A stretch of DNA of 20,000 nucleotides from Thraustochytrium aureum (lineage: Eukaryota), in NCBI GenBank assembly GCA_012862495.1, contig BLSG01000370.1, positions 96,039-116,038 on the forward strand, written 5' to 3'. The notes under the pieces are model-generated. The model searched no databases. It was not told the DNA's origin and saw only the letters and a list, made by a program, of their open reading frames with translations. Below are positions 19,217 through 20,000 of the stretch, in pieces; the stretch's first letter is position 1; every line of letters begins with the position of its first letter. The translations under genes were made by a program, and so were the position numbers.

Positions 19217-19310
19217 CGCTCCTCGCCCCTCTTGCGCGCCAGCCCACGAGCACCGCACCGCAGCCGCCACACCCCCGCCGAGCGCGCCCTTTCGGACTCT
19301 GCCTGCCGCG

Positions 19311-19852
19311 CTCTCCTCGCTCTCCTCGCTCTCCTCGCTCTCCTCGCTCTCCTCTCTGAATTCTGACTCACGACCGACCCAGCAGCACTTGCGCCAGCCC
19401 AGCAGCGGCCGCCAATGCGAGAGAGGCGGGGAAACCCACAGACCGACCGACCGACCCAGGGCGCGATGGCCCGGCCGGCGTGCCTGCCTGCCAGCTCGCC
19501 TGCCTGCCTGCCTGCCTGCCTGCCTGCCCGTTCTGTCGCACTCAGCACTGTCAGCAGCCAGCCCTGCCACGCGGACCGGCCAGAACGCCGCTGAGCGAAA
19601 GAACGAACGCCTGCCACGCCTGCCACGCCTGCCAGCACAGAATCGCACAGATTCGCCAGACTCGCTGTACGGTAGAGAGAGGGTTCTTTATTCTTTGTAT
19701 TCTTTGTATTCTTTGTATTCTTTGTGTTCTTTGTTGAACCGCCAAGTCCCCGAAGGAAGGGAAGGGAAGGGAAGGGAAGAAAGGGAGGGGACCAGCCCAT
19801 CATGATTTGATTGATTGATTTGATCAAGAGCAAGAGCAAGAGCAAGAGCAAG
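19311..19852. repeat. Cluster of simple repeats upstream of the CRIB gene: (ctctcctcg)n, (gcct)n, (ttctttgta)n, (gaagg)n, (agagca)n
   Basis: Read directly at ~19311-19350, ~19482-19527, ~19691-19733, ~19756-19780 and ~19827-19852. Confidence 0.85.
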
Positions 19853-20000
19853 AGAGTGAGTGAGAGTCGTCTTGATCTTGAAAGTAAAGTTAATAGCGGG
19901 GCACAACGATGGAGGGAGGCACGACGTGTTACATAGAAGGTTTCATGAACAGAGGGTTGGTTAGGTCGCGGCCGCGGCGCGAGGCGGGCGGATGATTTTG

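Noticed and set aside
19217..19906. ORFs with repetitive peptides (EESEES, KNTKNT, QAGRQAGR)
   Set aside because: These are translations of non-coding microsatellites upstream of the CRIB gene.

Overview
GC-rich, intron-poor eukaryotic genomic DNA from a draft assembly. It has six N-gaps and several single-base frameshifts, mostly in homopolymers. Gene content and the rhodopsin type suggest a stramenopile, probably a labyrinthulomycete/thraustochytrid (inference). Genes in order: kinesin motor (-, runs off the left edge, absent from the ORF track), possible small membrane protein, Rab28 GTPase, tandem CCHC zinc-knuckle protein, PEX10 peroxin, a microbial rhodopsin, RCC1-repeat protein with a likely mitochondrial presequence, HEXXH zinc-metallopeptidase-like protein, iduronate-2-sulfatase-like sulfatase, and a double-CRIB (PAK-like) protein. 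The standout is the rhodopsin at 9478-11936. It is a channelrhodopsin-type 7TM protein with an uncharged Phe at the bacteriorhodopsin D85 counterion position and Thr at the GtACR1 E68 position, which points to an anion channelrhodopsin resembling the red-shifted labyrinthulid RubyACRs. It is fused to a degenerate response-regulator receiver domain and a long tail carrying three LRR(D/N)SxxxRxxWES repeats and poly-His/poly-Gln tracts.
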